A stretch of DNA of 64,000 nucleotides from Endomicrobiaceae bacterium (GTDB lineage Bacteria > Elusimicrobiota > Endomicrobiia > Endomicrobiales > Endomicrobiaceae), in the NCBI GenBank assembly GCA_028690485.1, contig JAQVBD010000002.1, positions 13,100 through 77,099 of the forward strand, read 5' to 3'. Of the stretch, positions 18,159 through 27,863 are shown piece by piece. How positions within the stretch are numbered: position 1 is the stretch's first letter; each line of letters begins with the position of its first letter. The position numbers and the translations under genes are program-made. The notes under the pieces are model-generated. The model did no database searches and had not been told where the DNA came from. It was given only the letters and a program-made list of their open reading frames with translations.

Positions 18159-19454
18159 TTATTTATTTTTATTTCTTAAATCAAAAACTCTTTTTACTTT
18201 ACCTTCACTAACAGGCAAGCTCCCTGCATCTACAAACTTTATAATTGGTGTTACTCCTATTTCTTGCTTTAATTCATTTTCTAACTTATTTTGTAACTTT
18301 TCTAAATCTTGTAATGTACCACCAAAATTATCATTGTCTATTTCTAATTTAATACAAAGCTTATCCATGAAATTATTCTCAAAAATTTCAATAACATAAT
18401 TTCTTCCTGCTTCTGGAATAGACATTATTGTTTTTTCTATCTGAATTGGGAAAATATTTACTCCATTAATAATAATCATATCATCTGTTCTGGCTGTAAT
18501 TCTTGCAATTCTTCTATGAGTTCTTCCACAAGCACATGGCTCTGTTATAATCTTAGTTAAATCTCTTGTCCTATATCTTATAAGAGGCATTGCCTCTCTT
18601 TGTAATGTTGTTAAAACAAGCTCCCCCTCTTGTCCATCTGGAAGAACTTCTAAAGTATTTCGATCAACTATTTCAGGATATACATAATCTTCCCATATAT
18701 GTAATCCGCTCTGGCACTGACATTCAAAAGCAACTCCTGGACCAGATATTTCTGAAAGTCCATAAGAATTAAATGCTTTTATATTATAAAGTTCTTCTAT
18801 TTTTTTTCTCATTTCTTCACTGTGCGGTTCTGCACCAATAAAAGCAATTCTTAAATTCAAATCTTTTTTTACATCTATTTTCATTTCTTCTACTGTTTGA
18901 AATAATCTTAATGCATAACTTGGTAAAATATGGATAACAGAAGTTTTAAAATTTTGCATAAACCAAACTTGTCTTTTACTATTGCCTGGCCCAACAGGAA
19001 TAGTTAACATCCCAAGCTTTTCAGCACCATAGTGAAAGCCTATCCCGCCAGTAAAAAGCCCATATCCCATAGTATTTTGAAAAATATCATTATTTCTTGC
19101 ACCGGCAGTATACATACACCTTGCAGATAAATTAGCCCAATTTGAAATATCAAAAGCTGTATGAAAAACAACAGTTGGATTTCCTGTTGTTCCAGAAGAT
19201 GAATGCAATCTAATAACATTTTTTAAATCTGTGGCTAAAAATCCATATGGAAAGGAATTTCTTAAATCATCTTTAGTTGTGAAAGGTAATTTTTTTACAT
19301 CATCAAGTGATGATATTTTATCAATATTTGATAATTTATTTTTATAAAATTCTGATTTTTTTGCAATTTTTATCTCTTTGTTAATAAAATCAAGCTGTAC
19401 ATTTCTTATTTCTTCTCTATCCATTAATTCAATATCTTTTTGCCAAAACATCAT
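18159..19454 (-). CDS. paaK: phenylacetate-CoA ligase family protein
   Basis: HSSSGTTGNPTVV (AMP-binding) and YGLSEISGPGVAFEC motifs. PaaK-type N-terminus. Confidence 0.88.
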   Translation of the reverse strand: MMFWQKDIELMDREEIRNVQLDFINKEIKIAKKSEFYKNKLSNIDKISSLDDVKKLPFTTKDDLRNSFPYGFLATDLKNVIRLHSSSGTTGNPTVVFHTAFDISNWANLSARCMYTAGARNNDIFQNTMGYGLFTGGIGFHYGAEKLGMLTIPVGPGNSKRQVWFMQNFKTSVIHILPSYALRLFQTVEEMKIDVKKDLNLRIAFIGAEPHSEEMRKKIEELYNIKAFNSYGLSEISGPGVAFECQCQSGLHIWEDYVYPEIVDRNTLEVLPDGQEGELVLTTLQREAMPLIRYRTRDLTKIITEPCACGRTHRRIARITARTDDMIIINGVNIFPIQIEKTIMSIPEAGRNYVIEIFENNFMDKLCIKLEIDNDNFGGTLQDLEKLQNKLENELKQEIGVTPIIKFVDAGSLPVSEGKVKRVFDLRNKNK

Positions 19455-19615
19455 TACTCCTTATATTTTTATATAAACTTTCAAATTTAGACTATATCCG
19501 AGTAATTCAATGTCTATAACAAAAACTATGCAAATTCTATAATACAAATTGTACATTAATATCAGTTTTTATATATAATAAAGTATTATAGCAAATTTTA
19601 TATTAAAGGTTATAT

Positions 19616-20437
19616 ATGAAATATAATATTGGAATAACATATAATCATTCTAAAGAGAATGCTAAAAAATATTCTTTACAAATTACAAATTGGTTAAAGA
19701 AAAAGAATCTAAATGTTAAACAAATATCTACCAGTTTAAATAAAAATCCTAACTTAGATTTTATTATTTGCTTAGGTGGAGATGGAACAATGTTAAGAAC
19801 TGCAAGACTTGTTTCTAAATATTCTATTCCTATTATGGGAGTAAATTTAGGGACTTTAGGTTTTTTAACAGACACCGATTTAAGTAACTTATACCTTTCA
19901 TTAGAACAAATATTTAAAAACGGTATAAAATATGAAGAAAGAATGATGCTTGATATTGAAATACCAACAGAAAAAAAAGTTATAAGAACAACAGCTTTAA
20001 ATGATTGTGCTATTCGTTCGGTATATGATGGTAGATTAACAGCTATTGATGCTTTTGTAAACAGATATTTTCTTTCAAGTTATAAAGGAGATGGTGTCCT
20101 TGTTGCAACACCAACAGGTTCAACAGCCTATTCGCTTGCACTTTCAGGTCCAATTGTTTACCCAACATTATCTCTATTTATAATAGATCCTATTTCCCCT
20201 CATACATTAACACACAGACCAATGATAGTGGATTCTAAAAATACATTGGAATTTTCTTGTACAGCTAATAATAGGAAATCAGATTTAATTGTTTCTATAG
20301 ATGGGCAAGAAAATTATATATTAGAAAAAAATAAAAAAGTAAAAATAAAAGTATTTCCAAAAACTGCAAAATTCATAAGAAATAGTAAATATTCATATTT
20401 TGATACATTAAAAACAAAACTAAAATGGGGGGTTTAA
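19616..20437 (+). CDS. nadK: NAD kinase
   Basis: ICLGGDGTMLRTAR, GVNLGTLGFLT and GDGVLVATPTGSTAYSLALSGPIV motifs. Confidence 0.94.
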   Translation: MKYNIGITYNHSKENAKKYSLQITNWLKKKNLNVKQISTSLNKNPNLDFIICLGGDGTMLRTARLVSKYSIPIMGVNLGTLGFLTDTDLSNLYLSLEQIFKNGIKYEERMMLDIEIPTEKKVIRTTALNDCAIRSVYDGRLTAIDAFVNRYFLSSYKGDGVLVATPTGSTAYSLALSGPIVYPTLSLFIIDPISPHTLTHRPMIVDSKNTLEFSCTANNRKSDLIVSIDGQENYILEKNKKVKIKVFPKTAKFIRNSKYSYFDTLKTKLKWGV

Positions 20438-22090
20438 TTGCTTAATAGTATATCTATTAAAAATTATGCTCTTATAGAAGATATTTCTATTGATTTTAAC
20501 AAAGGTTTAACCGTTATAACCGGTGAAACCGGAGTAGGAAAATCTATTATTATAGATTCTATTGATTTGCTTTTAGGTTCCAGAGCAACAACATCCATTA
20601 TTAGAACTGGTGCAAACATATGCACAATTATTGCTAACTTTGATATTTCAAACAACATTAAAGTAAAAAAAACATTGACAGAACTTGCAATTGAATATGA
20701 TTGTGATATTATAATAAGAAGACAAATTGAACTATCCGGTAAAAGCAAAGCTTTTATAAATGATATGCCTGTAAGTATAAACACATTATCAAACATTGGA
20801 AAATATTTAATAGATTTTTATGCCCAGCATAAAAGTAATATGCTGTTTGATAATCAATACCAAAAACAAATTGTAGATGATATTGCAGACAATAAAAAAT
20901 TATTAGAAGATCTCTCTGCTAAATATGACATATTGGAAAATTTTAAAAATAAAAAGAATTCTATTGAAATATCTAATTCTGAAAGAGAAAAAATGTTAGA
21001 TTTGTATAATTATCAAGTACACGAAATAGATAAAGCTAACTTAAATATTGATGATGAAAATACAATTGAAAATGAATTACCAAAATTAAAAAATGCAGAA
21101 AAAATACAAAATTTAACTCAAGAAATTACATTAACTTTATACAAAGAAAATAATTCTATTTTAGATAATCTATCAAAAATAATTAAGCAAATAGATCTTT
21201 TAGGGCAATTTGGCATAGATACTACAAGTATGTTAAAGATTATTAATGAATCATTTGTTCAAATAGATGATGTATATAGAGAAATTAATAATATATCACA
21301 AACTATAGATTCAAGTCCTGAAAGTTTAAACAATATGTTAGAGAAACAACAATTAATAAAAAAATTAAAATTAAAATATGGAAACTCTGTAGAAGAAATT
21401 TTAGCTTTTAAAGAAAATTTAAAATTAAAAATAACTGAATTAAGCAACTATGAATTTAATATAGAACTACTAGACAAAGAAATTAATCTTGCAGAACAAG
21501 AAGTCATGACAATATGTAATAAAATTTCTGATAACAGAAAAAAAATTGCTAAAACACTAGCAAAAGACATAATAATAGAATTAGAAGATTTGAATATGAA
21601 AAATGTTCAATTTGAAATAGATGTTCAAAAACAAGACATGACTCGTTATGGTTATGATAAATTAGAATTTATGTTTAATGCAAATCACGGCGAAAAATTA
21701 TATCCATTATCACTTGTTGCTTCCGGCGGAGAAATTTCCAGAGTAATGCTTGCACTAGCAACAACAATATCAAATCATTATAATGTACAAACAATTATTT
21801 TTGATGAAATAGATACAGGCACCAGCGGAAAAACTGGAGATAAAATAGGTAAAAAACTTAAAAAATTATCCACTAATAAACAAATAATTTCAATTTCCCA
21901 TTTAGCACAAATAGCTTCAAATTCTGATAACCATATAAAAATATACAAAGAAACTAAAAATGAAAGAAATGTCACTAAAGCAAAAATATTAAATCAAGAT
22001 GAGCATATAGAAGAAATAGCAAAAATTATTTCTGGCGAAAAAATCACAGAACATGCCTTAAAACATGCTAAAGAGATGGTTTGTAGTTAG
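20438..22090 (+). CDS. recN: DNA repair protein RecN
   Basis: GETGVGKSIIIDSIDLLLG, SGGEISRVMLAL and IIFDEIDTGTSG motifs. TTG start directly after the nadK stop. The nadK-recN pairing is widely conserved. Confidence 0.92.
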   Translation: MLNSISIKNYALIEDISIDFNKGLTVITGETGVGKSIIIDSIDLLLGSRATTSIIRTGANICTIIANFDISNNIKVKKTLTELAIEYDCDIIIRRQIELSGKSKAFINDMPVSINTLSNIGKYLIDFYAQHKSNMLFDNQYQKQIVDDIADNKKLLEDLSAKYDILENFKNKKNSIEISNSEREKMLDLYNYQVHEIDKANLNIDDENTIENELPKLKNAEKIQNLTQEITLTLYKENNSILDNLSKIIKQIDLLGQFGIDTTSMLKIINESFVQIDDVYREINNISQTIDSSPESLNNMLEKQQLIKKLKLKYGNSVEEILAFKENLKLKITELSNYEFNIELLDKEINLAEQEVMTICNKISDNRKKIAKTLAKDIIIELEDLNMKNVQFEIDVQKQDMTRYGYDKLEFMFNANHGEKLYPLSLVASGGEISRVMLALATTISNHYNVQTIIFDEIDTGTSGKTGDKIGKKLKKLSTNKQIISISHLAQIASNSDNHIKIYKETKNERNVTKAKILNQDEHIEEIAKIISGEKITEHALKHAKEMVCS

Positions 22091-23511
22091 ATATTTATGT
22101 CTGTTTTTTCGATTTTACATATTTTATTATAAATCTTAACAATCTTAAATTTATGGGAATTTTTATTTATATCTTTTTGCTGTATATCAAAAGGATATAG
22201 TATATATATGGTCTTATTATTATCTAATAATAATTCTATCTCTTTTTCAGACAAATCAAAGAATGCCATTGCATAATCATTTATATTATATTTCTTTAGA
22301 TAATACTCAATATGATAAAGTTTTGAATGAAGTATAACAGTATTACTATCTTTGATTAATTTCTCCTTCAAAAAAATCACATTATCTCTATCCTGTATAG
22401 AAATTTTAGAAATTTCTATACTTTGAATATTACATGAGAGAAAAATTAATATGCATAGCAATATAATATAATAATATTTTTGTAATATTTTGTTCATAAA
22501 ATGGGAAATCATTATATATATTAATGGCAATACAAAAATGAAATATCTCGCATGTAAAAAAGACATAAATTTATATGCGAATAAATTTACTATAATTATA
22601 GGCAATAAAATAAAATATAAAATGAATTGGTTACTTTTATATTTTAAGTTGAAAATTAAAAATATAAAACTTGTATATAATAAATATTTCCCTATAACAT
22701 AGATTTTATCCAAAAATAACACAGAGATTAATTCACTTGTTATGAAAAACTCTCTATTTAATATATTCGATGCAAATATAGCATTATGTTCAAAAATTTG
22801 TTTTTTAAAATATAACGAATTCAAATGAATAAAAGGATATATAGAAATAAGAATTATAAAAAAAGCTATTAATAAGTAATGTTTTTTTAAATTTTTTGTA
22901 TTGTCAAATAAAAATATAATTTGCAAAATAACAAGCATCAATCCAAAATAATGTGTTAATGTGCATAACAAAGCTATGCTAAAATAAGTATATATATATT
23001 TTGTATTTAAATTATTGTTTATAATTTTAATAATTAAATAAAATGATAATATTGCTAAACATAAGAATAGAGAATAACCTCTTACTTCAATACTATATGA
23101 TAAGATAAACGGAGAAAAAGAGAATAAAATACAAGATAATAATGCTTCTTTCTTAGAATATATTTGATTAGTTAACAAATAAACAAACACTATTGATATT
23201 AAATTTAAAATAATTGACGGTAATCTCAAGACGAATTCAGAATCACCAAATAAAAGTTGTATATAATGTAAAAGAATATAATATAATGGTGGCCATGAAT
23301 CAGCTAAAGAAGCTTCTTTCACAACAGACAGTAAAGACATTGATGAATTTGTTTCCACAGTTGAAAATAATTCATCTGCCCACAAAGAAATCCCAGAATA
23401 ATATATACTAATTATTGCACTAATTGATATACAAAATATAATGATATACTTATATCCGATATTATCCATCATGCAATTAAACTTCAATATAATATTATTA
23501 AGTAATTTCAT
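22087..23511 (-). CDS. GT-C fold membrane glycosyltransferase (ArnT/PMT, GT39/GT83-like), no TPR
   Basis: About 11 TM helices with the periplasmic-loop motif SLWADELFSTVE near the N-terminus. Soluble C-terminal ~100 aa. Confidence 0.6.
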   Translation of the reverse strand: MKLLNNIILKFNCMMDNIGYKYIIIFCISISAIISIYYSGISLWADELFSTVETNSSMSLLSVVKEASLADSWPPLYYILLHYIQLLFGDSEFVLRLPSIILNLISIVFVYLLTNQIYSKKEALLSCILFSFSPFILSYSIEVRGYSLFLCLAILSFYLIIKIINNNLNTKYIYTYFSIALLCTLTHYFGLMLVILQIIFLFDNTKNLKKHYLLIAFFIILISIYPFIHLNSLYFKKQIFEHNAIFASNILNREFFITSELISVLFLDKIYVIGKYLLYTSFIFLIFNLKYKSNQFILYFILLPIIIVNLFAYKFMSFLHARYFIFVLPLIYIMISHFMNKILQKYYYIILLCILIFLSCNIQSIEISKISIQDRDNVIFLKEKLIKDSNTVILHSKLYHIEYYLKKYNINDYAMAFFDLSEKEIELLLDNNKTIYILYPFDIQQKDINKNSHKFKIVKIYNKICKIEKTDINI

Positions 23512-23514
23512 TAA

Positions 23515-25047
23515 TTATTTAGATTGATACAAATAAATTTTTGCATTATCATGATTATACATATTTAACGTTCTTATTTGCTTGAAATTTGTATTTTGCA
23601 GTAGCCAATCATTAAAGGCTTCAAAAACATTTTTATCTCTAGAACTGATTATTATATTTTCATAACTGCCTATATCAATTTTGATTTTTTTTATATCATC
23701 ATAAGTTTTGACTTGGCATAAATTTCCATTTCTATCTTTTTGCAAAATTAAAAAATTATATGCTATTGGAGGAAATATTTGGACAAAAGCAGTATTTAAC
23801 TCAAAATTTTCCCCTAGCAATTGATTGAATTCTATATATTGAGACTTATAAGTTTCTAAATTTGATTGATAATCATAATATGTTATCCCTCTAAAAGAAT
23901 TATACCCATAAAAATTACCAGATTTAAAATTTTGGAAACTTGAATAATTTATTAATACAAATTGAATTATCATCAAAATACATATTAGAAAAATAAAAAT
24001 TCTTCTAATATAAATATTTTTTATTTCAAATATAAACAAAGAAGATATTATTGAAAAGAACATAATAACAGGGAAAATATGTCTTGAAACTTTATTTCCT
24101 GATAAAGAAAATAATAAAACAATAAATACTATAGATAATATTATTGTGTAATATTTTTTCCTAAATACAAAATATAATACGCTAATGATTGATAAAATTA
24201 CAATAATCGGTGTAATGTCAAAATAATATAAACTTTTTAAATAGAATAGTAAATCCGAATTAATAACTTCTGTTGAATATTTATATAAATGTAAAAAAAT
24301 ATTTTTAGCATTGTCAAAATACCATACAATATATGAAAGTATGATAGCTAAAATAAAATCAATAAAAAAGAAAATATTTTTTGTTAACTCTTTATAATTT
24401 TCTTTTTTTACAAAAAATAACAAAAATATTGGAATATACATAAAAAATTGTTCTTTTGTAAGCATCCCAATAGCAACTACAAATAAAAAACAAATATTAA
24501 AATAAAAACTATTAAACTTATCAAAAAGAATAAGATATATGACTAATGAAATGGTTGCCATTAAAAATGTTTCTATAAAAAAAGTTCTATGCATCACAAA
24601 AAATAACGGATAGAAACTCAACATAAAACTAGCTAATAAACCTGTTTGAATTGACATCAATTTTTTACAAATTCCATAAACAGATAAAAGAGTTGTAATT
24701 GATATAAATAAATTCAAGATAACTATAAATAGATTTATATTATGGATTAATATAATAAATGGTAATGAAAATATAAAATATGCAGGTGGTTTCCAATAAG
24801 AGACTATTGTATGAACTATTTCTGCAAAAGAAATTTTATTTAATATCTGATTAGAAATATTATATTCGTGAACAAATGAAGTTGACATATCAATGATACT
24901 TGTAACATCTTCATTTAAATATGAATAAAATTGATTATGTGATAAAATAATTAAAGAATTTATAGCATGAAAACAGGCTATCATTAAAATTATAATGATA
25001 GCCTGTTTATTAGTAATATTTGAAAAAACAGCAAATAACTTTCTCAT
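23515..25047 (-). CDS. GT-C fold membrane glycosyltransferase-like protein (second tandem copy)
   Basis: Polytopic, with the same architecture as the downstream neighbour. The start overlaps the greA stop (TAATG). The motif is weaker (YLNEDV). Confidence 0.5.
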   Translation of the reverse strand: MRKLFAVFSNITNKQAIIIILMIACFHAINSLIILSHNQFYSYLNEDVTSIIDMSTSFVHEYNISNQILNKISFAEIVHTIVSYWKPPAYFIFSLPFIILIHNINLFIVILNLFISITTLLSVYGICKKLMSIQTGLLASFMLSFYPLFFVMHRTFFIETFLMATISLVIYLILFDKFNSFYFNICFLFVVAIGMLTKEQFFMYIPIFLLFFVKKENYKELTKNIFFFIDFILAIILSYIVWYFDNAKNIFLHLYKYSTEVINSDLLFYLKSLYYFDITPIIVILSIISVLYFVFRKKYYTIILSIVFIVLLFSLSGNKVSRHIFPVIMFFSIISSLFIFEIKNIYIRRIFIFLICILMIIQFVLINYSSFQNFKSGNFYGYNSFRGITYYDYQSNLETYKSQYIEFNQLLGENFELNTAFVQIFPPIAYNFLILQKDRNGNLCQVKTYDDIKKIKIDIGSYENIIISSRDKNVFEAFNDWLLQNTNFKQIRTLNMYNHDNAKIYLYQSK

Positions 25048-25511
25048 TATCTAGAAATTTTCAATATTTCAAATTTCATAACACCTGCCGGTAAATCGAC
25101 ATCAACTTTATCTCCAACTTTATGTTCCAAAAGTCCTTGTGCAAGTGGAGAACCTACAGATATTTTCATTTCTGAAGGATTTGCTTCTTCTTCATCAACA
25201 ATTGAATATTCATATTCATCCCCATCTTCATCTTTTATAGTAACACAAACACCTATAAAAACTTTATTTGGATCAATATTTTGTTCTTCAATTATTTTCG
25301 CTTTTGAAAGTTTTGAATCAATTGCTGAAATTCTTTGCATAAGATTAGTAAGAGTTTCTTTTGCTGCATGATACTCAGCATTTTCTCTCAAATCTCCATG
25401 TTCTCTCGCTCTTGCAATTTCATCTTGAATCTGAGGTTTTCTCTTTTGTAATCTGTCTAATTCATCTATTAATTTATTTCTTCCTTCTCTTGTTAAATAA
25501 ATTTCTGCCAT
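25047..25511 (-). CDS. greA: transcription elongation factor GreA
   Basis: YLTREGRNKLIDELDRL and REHGDLRENAEYHAAKE motifs. Confidence 0.95.
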   Translation of the reverse strand: MAEIYLTREGRNKLIDELDRLQKRKPQIQDEIARAREHGDLRENAEYHAAKETLTNLMQRISAIDSKLSKAKIIEEQNIDPNKVFIGVCVTIKDEDGDEYEYSIVDEEEANPSEMKISVGSPLAQGLLEHKVGDKVDVDLPAGVMKFEILKISR

Positions 25512-25521
25512 TTTTTACTCC

Positions 25522-26589
25522 TTAAGCTTTCTTATATAAAGATATTAATTTTTTTACCCATTGATCAGATGCGATCTTGCCTATTATTTTACCTTTTTTA
25601 AATAATATACCTTCTCCGATACCACCTGCTATACCAAAATCTGCTTCCTTCGCTTCCCCAGGTCCATTTACAATACATCCCATAACTGCAATTTTTATAT
25701 TTTTTTTACCTATTATTTTTTTTACCTTTGCTAATTCTGTTTCTAACCCATTTACTATATTTATTAAATCGACTTTACATCTGGAACAAGTAGGACAGGA
25801 AACTATTTCAATACCAGTTGATCTTAAATCTAATGATTGTAATATTTGATAAGCAACCCTTACTTCTTCAACAGGATTTGCAGTTAAAGATACTCTTATT
25901 GTATCTCCTAAACCTTGTTGTAACATAATACCTAAACCAACTGATGATTTGATTGTTCCTCTAAATATTGACCCGGATTCTGTTATTCCAAGATGTAACG
26001 GATAATTCCTTTTTTCTGCAAAAAGCTTATGAGCTTCAACTGTTGTCATAACATCTGAAGCTTTCAAAGAAACTGCTATATCATAAAACTTAGATTTTTC
26101 TAATATTTTAACATGTTCCATTGCTCCTTCAACTAAAGCTTTAGCTCTTTCTTCTGGAGTAGAACAATTGTGAACTGATTTTAAAGATCCTGCATTAACA
26201 CCAATTCTTATTGGTATTCTTGCTTCTTTTGCTTCTTTAACAAGCTCTTTTACTTTTTCTTCTGAACCAATATTTCCTGGATTTATTCTTAATTTATCAA
26301 CACCCTGTCTTATAGCTTCTATTGCGATTCTATGGTCAAAATGAATATCTGCAACTAATGGAATAGATATATTTTTTTTGATGTTCTTAATGTTTTTTGC
26401 AGATTCCATATCAGGTATAGAAACTCTGATTATTTCACACCCGACATTTTCAAGTTCTTTAATTTGTTTTACTGTAGCTTTCCAATCTCTAGTATCAGTA
26501 TTAGTCATAGACTGAACTACTATTGGATTACCACCACCAATTTTTACCCCACCCACATTAATTACTTTTGTATCAATTCTATTAAACAT
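25522..26589 (-). CDS. ispG: 4-hydroxy-3-methylbut-2-enyl diphosphate synthase
   Basis: VQSMTNTDT, LRINPGNIG, SCPTCSRC and MGCIVNGPGEA motifs. Confidence 0.95.
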   Translation of the reverse strand: MFNRIDTKVINVGGVKIGGGNPIVVQSMTNTDTRDWKATVKQIKELENVGCEIIRVSIPDMESAKNIKNIKKNISIPLVADIHFDHRIAIEAIRQGVDKLRINPGNIGSEEKVKELVKEAKEARIPIRIGVNAGSLKSVHNCSTPEERAKALVEGAMEHVKILEKSKFYDIAVSLKASDVMTTVEAHKLFAEKRNYPLHLGITESGSIFRGTIKSSVGLGIMLQQGLGDTIRVSLTANPVEEVRVAYQILQSLDLRSTGIEIVSCPTCSRCKVDLINIVNGLETELAKVKKIIGKKNIKIAVMGCIVNGPGEAKEADFGIAGGIGEGILFKKGKIIGKIASDQWVKKLISLYKKA

Positions 26590-26634
26590 TATATCACCGC
26601 GATTTTATAATTTCAAAGTTATTATTACATCTTA

Positions 26635-27708
26635 TCATTGGAATAGTTTACCTATTCCTAATCTTATCAAATCACTATAAGTAGCAAAAAGAAAAATAAC
26701 CAAAATAATTGAAAGTCCTATAGTATTATAAACTTGTATGATTTTTAAACTAACTCTTTTTCTAATTAATCCTTCTACTAAAAATAAAACTATCATTCCA
26801 CCATCAACTAAAGGAATAGGAAGTAAATTAAAAAGTCCTAATGCAACAGAAATAACAGCTAGTAATTTTATATAACTTTCCATACCAGATTTTGCAGATT
26901 TTGCCATAACTTGCATAACACCTATTGGTCCTGCAAGTTCAGGTTTTTCCCATGTAACAATCCTGTCCCATAAATAAACGAGTGTGAAAGTTGATTGAAA
27001 AATAGCTGTTTGTAAACCTAATGGCAAAGTTTTAAAAAATGGAACTTCTTCTCTAGTAATTTTTGGTTGGATACCTAACATGCCTATCCCAGTATTTGGA
27101 TTTTTATCAATTACAAAAGAAAAATCTAATTTTTCATTATTTCTTAATACGGATACATCCGTTTGCTTTTCGGCTTTATCTTTTAAGTTATTAATAATAT
27201 CTTCCCAATTTCTAACTTCAACTCCAGCTATTGAAAGAATTCTATCACCTACTTGCAGCCCAGCTTTTTGTGCACATTGTTCTGGAGCTAATGCTCCTAT
27301 AAATGCTTCATCAGAAACAGTTGTGATTCCCCATAAAGAAAAACAAAAAGCAAATAAAAATATTGCCAAAATATAATTCATTAATGGTCCCAAAAAAGCT
27401 ATCATAATTTTTTTATACCAAGCAAGAGACAAATACTCCCCCTCTTGTCCACTAGCTTCGTCAGGATTTTCTCCTGCCATAGCAACCATTCCACCAAAAG
27501 GAAATAAGCATATAGAATACCTGGTTTCTCCTCTTGTAAAACCAAATAGCTCTTTCCCAAAACCAAAAGCAAATTTTAACACTCTAACTTTATAAAACTT
27601 TGCCATAGCAAAATGACCAAGTTCATGTATAAAAATCAAAAGGCCTAATCCAAATAATACTGCACAAATTTGTAACAAAGTTGAATATGCACCTGAAAAA
27701 AATGTCAT
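26635..27708 (-). CDS. rseP: RIP metalloprotease RseP (site-2 protease)
   Basis: HELGHF motif, a PDZ domain (GLQVGDRILSIAGVEV) and NLLPIPLVDGG. Confidence 0.93.
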   Translation of the reverse strand: MTFFSGAYSTLLQICAVLFGLGLLIFIHELGHFAMAKFYKVRVLKFAFGFGKELFGFTRGETRYSICLFPFGGMVAMAGENPDEASGQEGEYLSLAWYKKIMIAFLGPLMNYILAIFLFAFCFSLWGITTVSDEAFIGALAPEQCAQKAGLQVGDRILSIAGVEVRNWEDIINNLKDKAEKQTDVSVLRNNEKLDFSFVIDKNPNTGIGMLGIQPKITREEVPFFKTLPLGLQTAIFQSTFTLVYLWDRIVTWEKPELAGPIGVMQVMAKSAKSGMESYIKLLAVISVALGLFNLLPIPLVDGGMIVLFLVEGLIRKRVSLKIIQVYNTIGLSIILVIFLFATYSDLIRLGIGKLFQ

Positions 27709-27863
27709 TATTTACTATTCCCCCAATAAAAATATATATCAAAAAAACACTATTATAAGATTATAAGAAATCTTACATTAAATAGTACTAAATTAATATT
27801 TGTAAAAAATTATATCATTTTTATAAATACAAATAAATAAAATTATAATCAAATTTAAAAATT

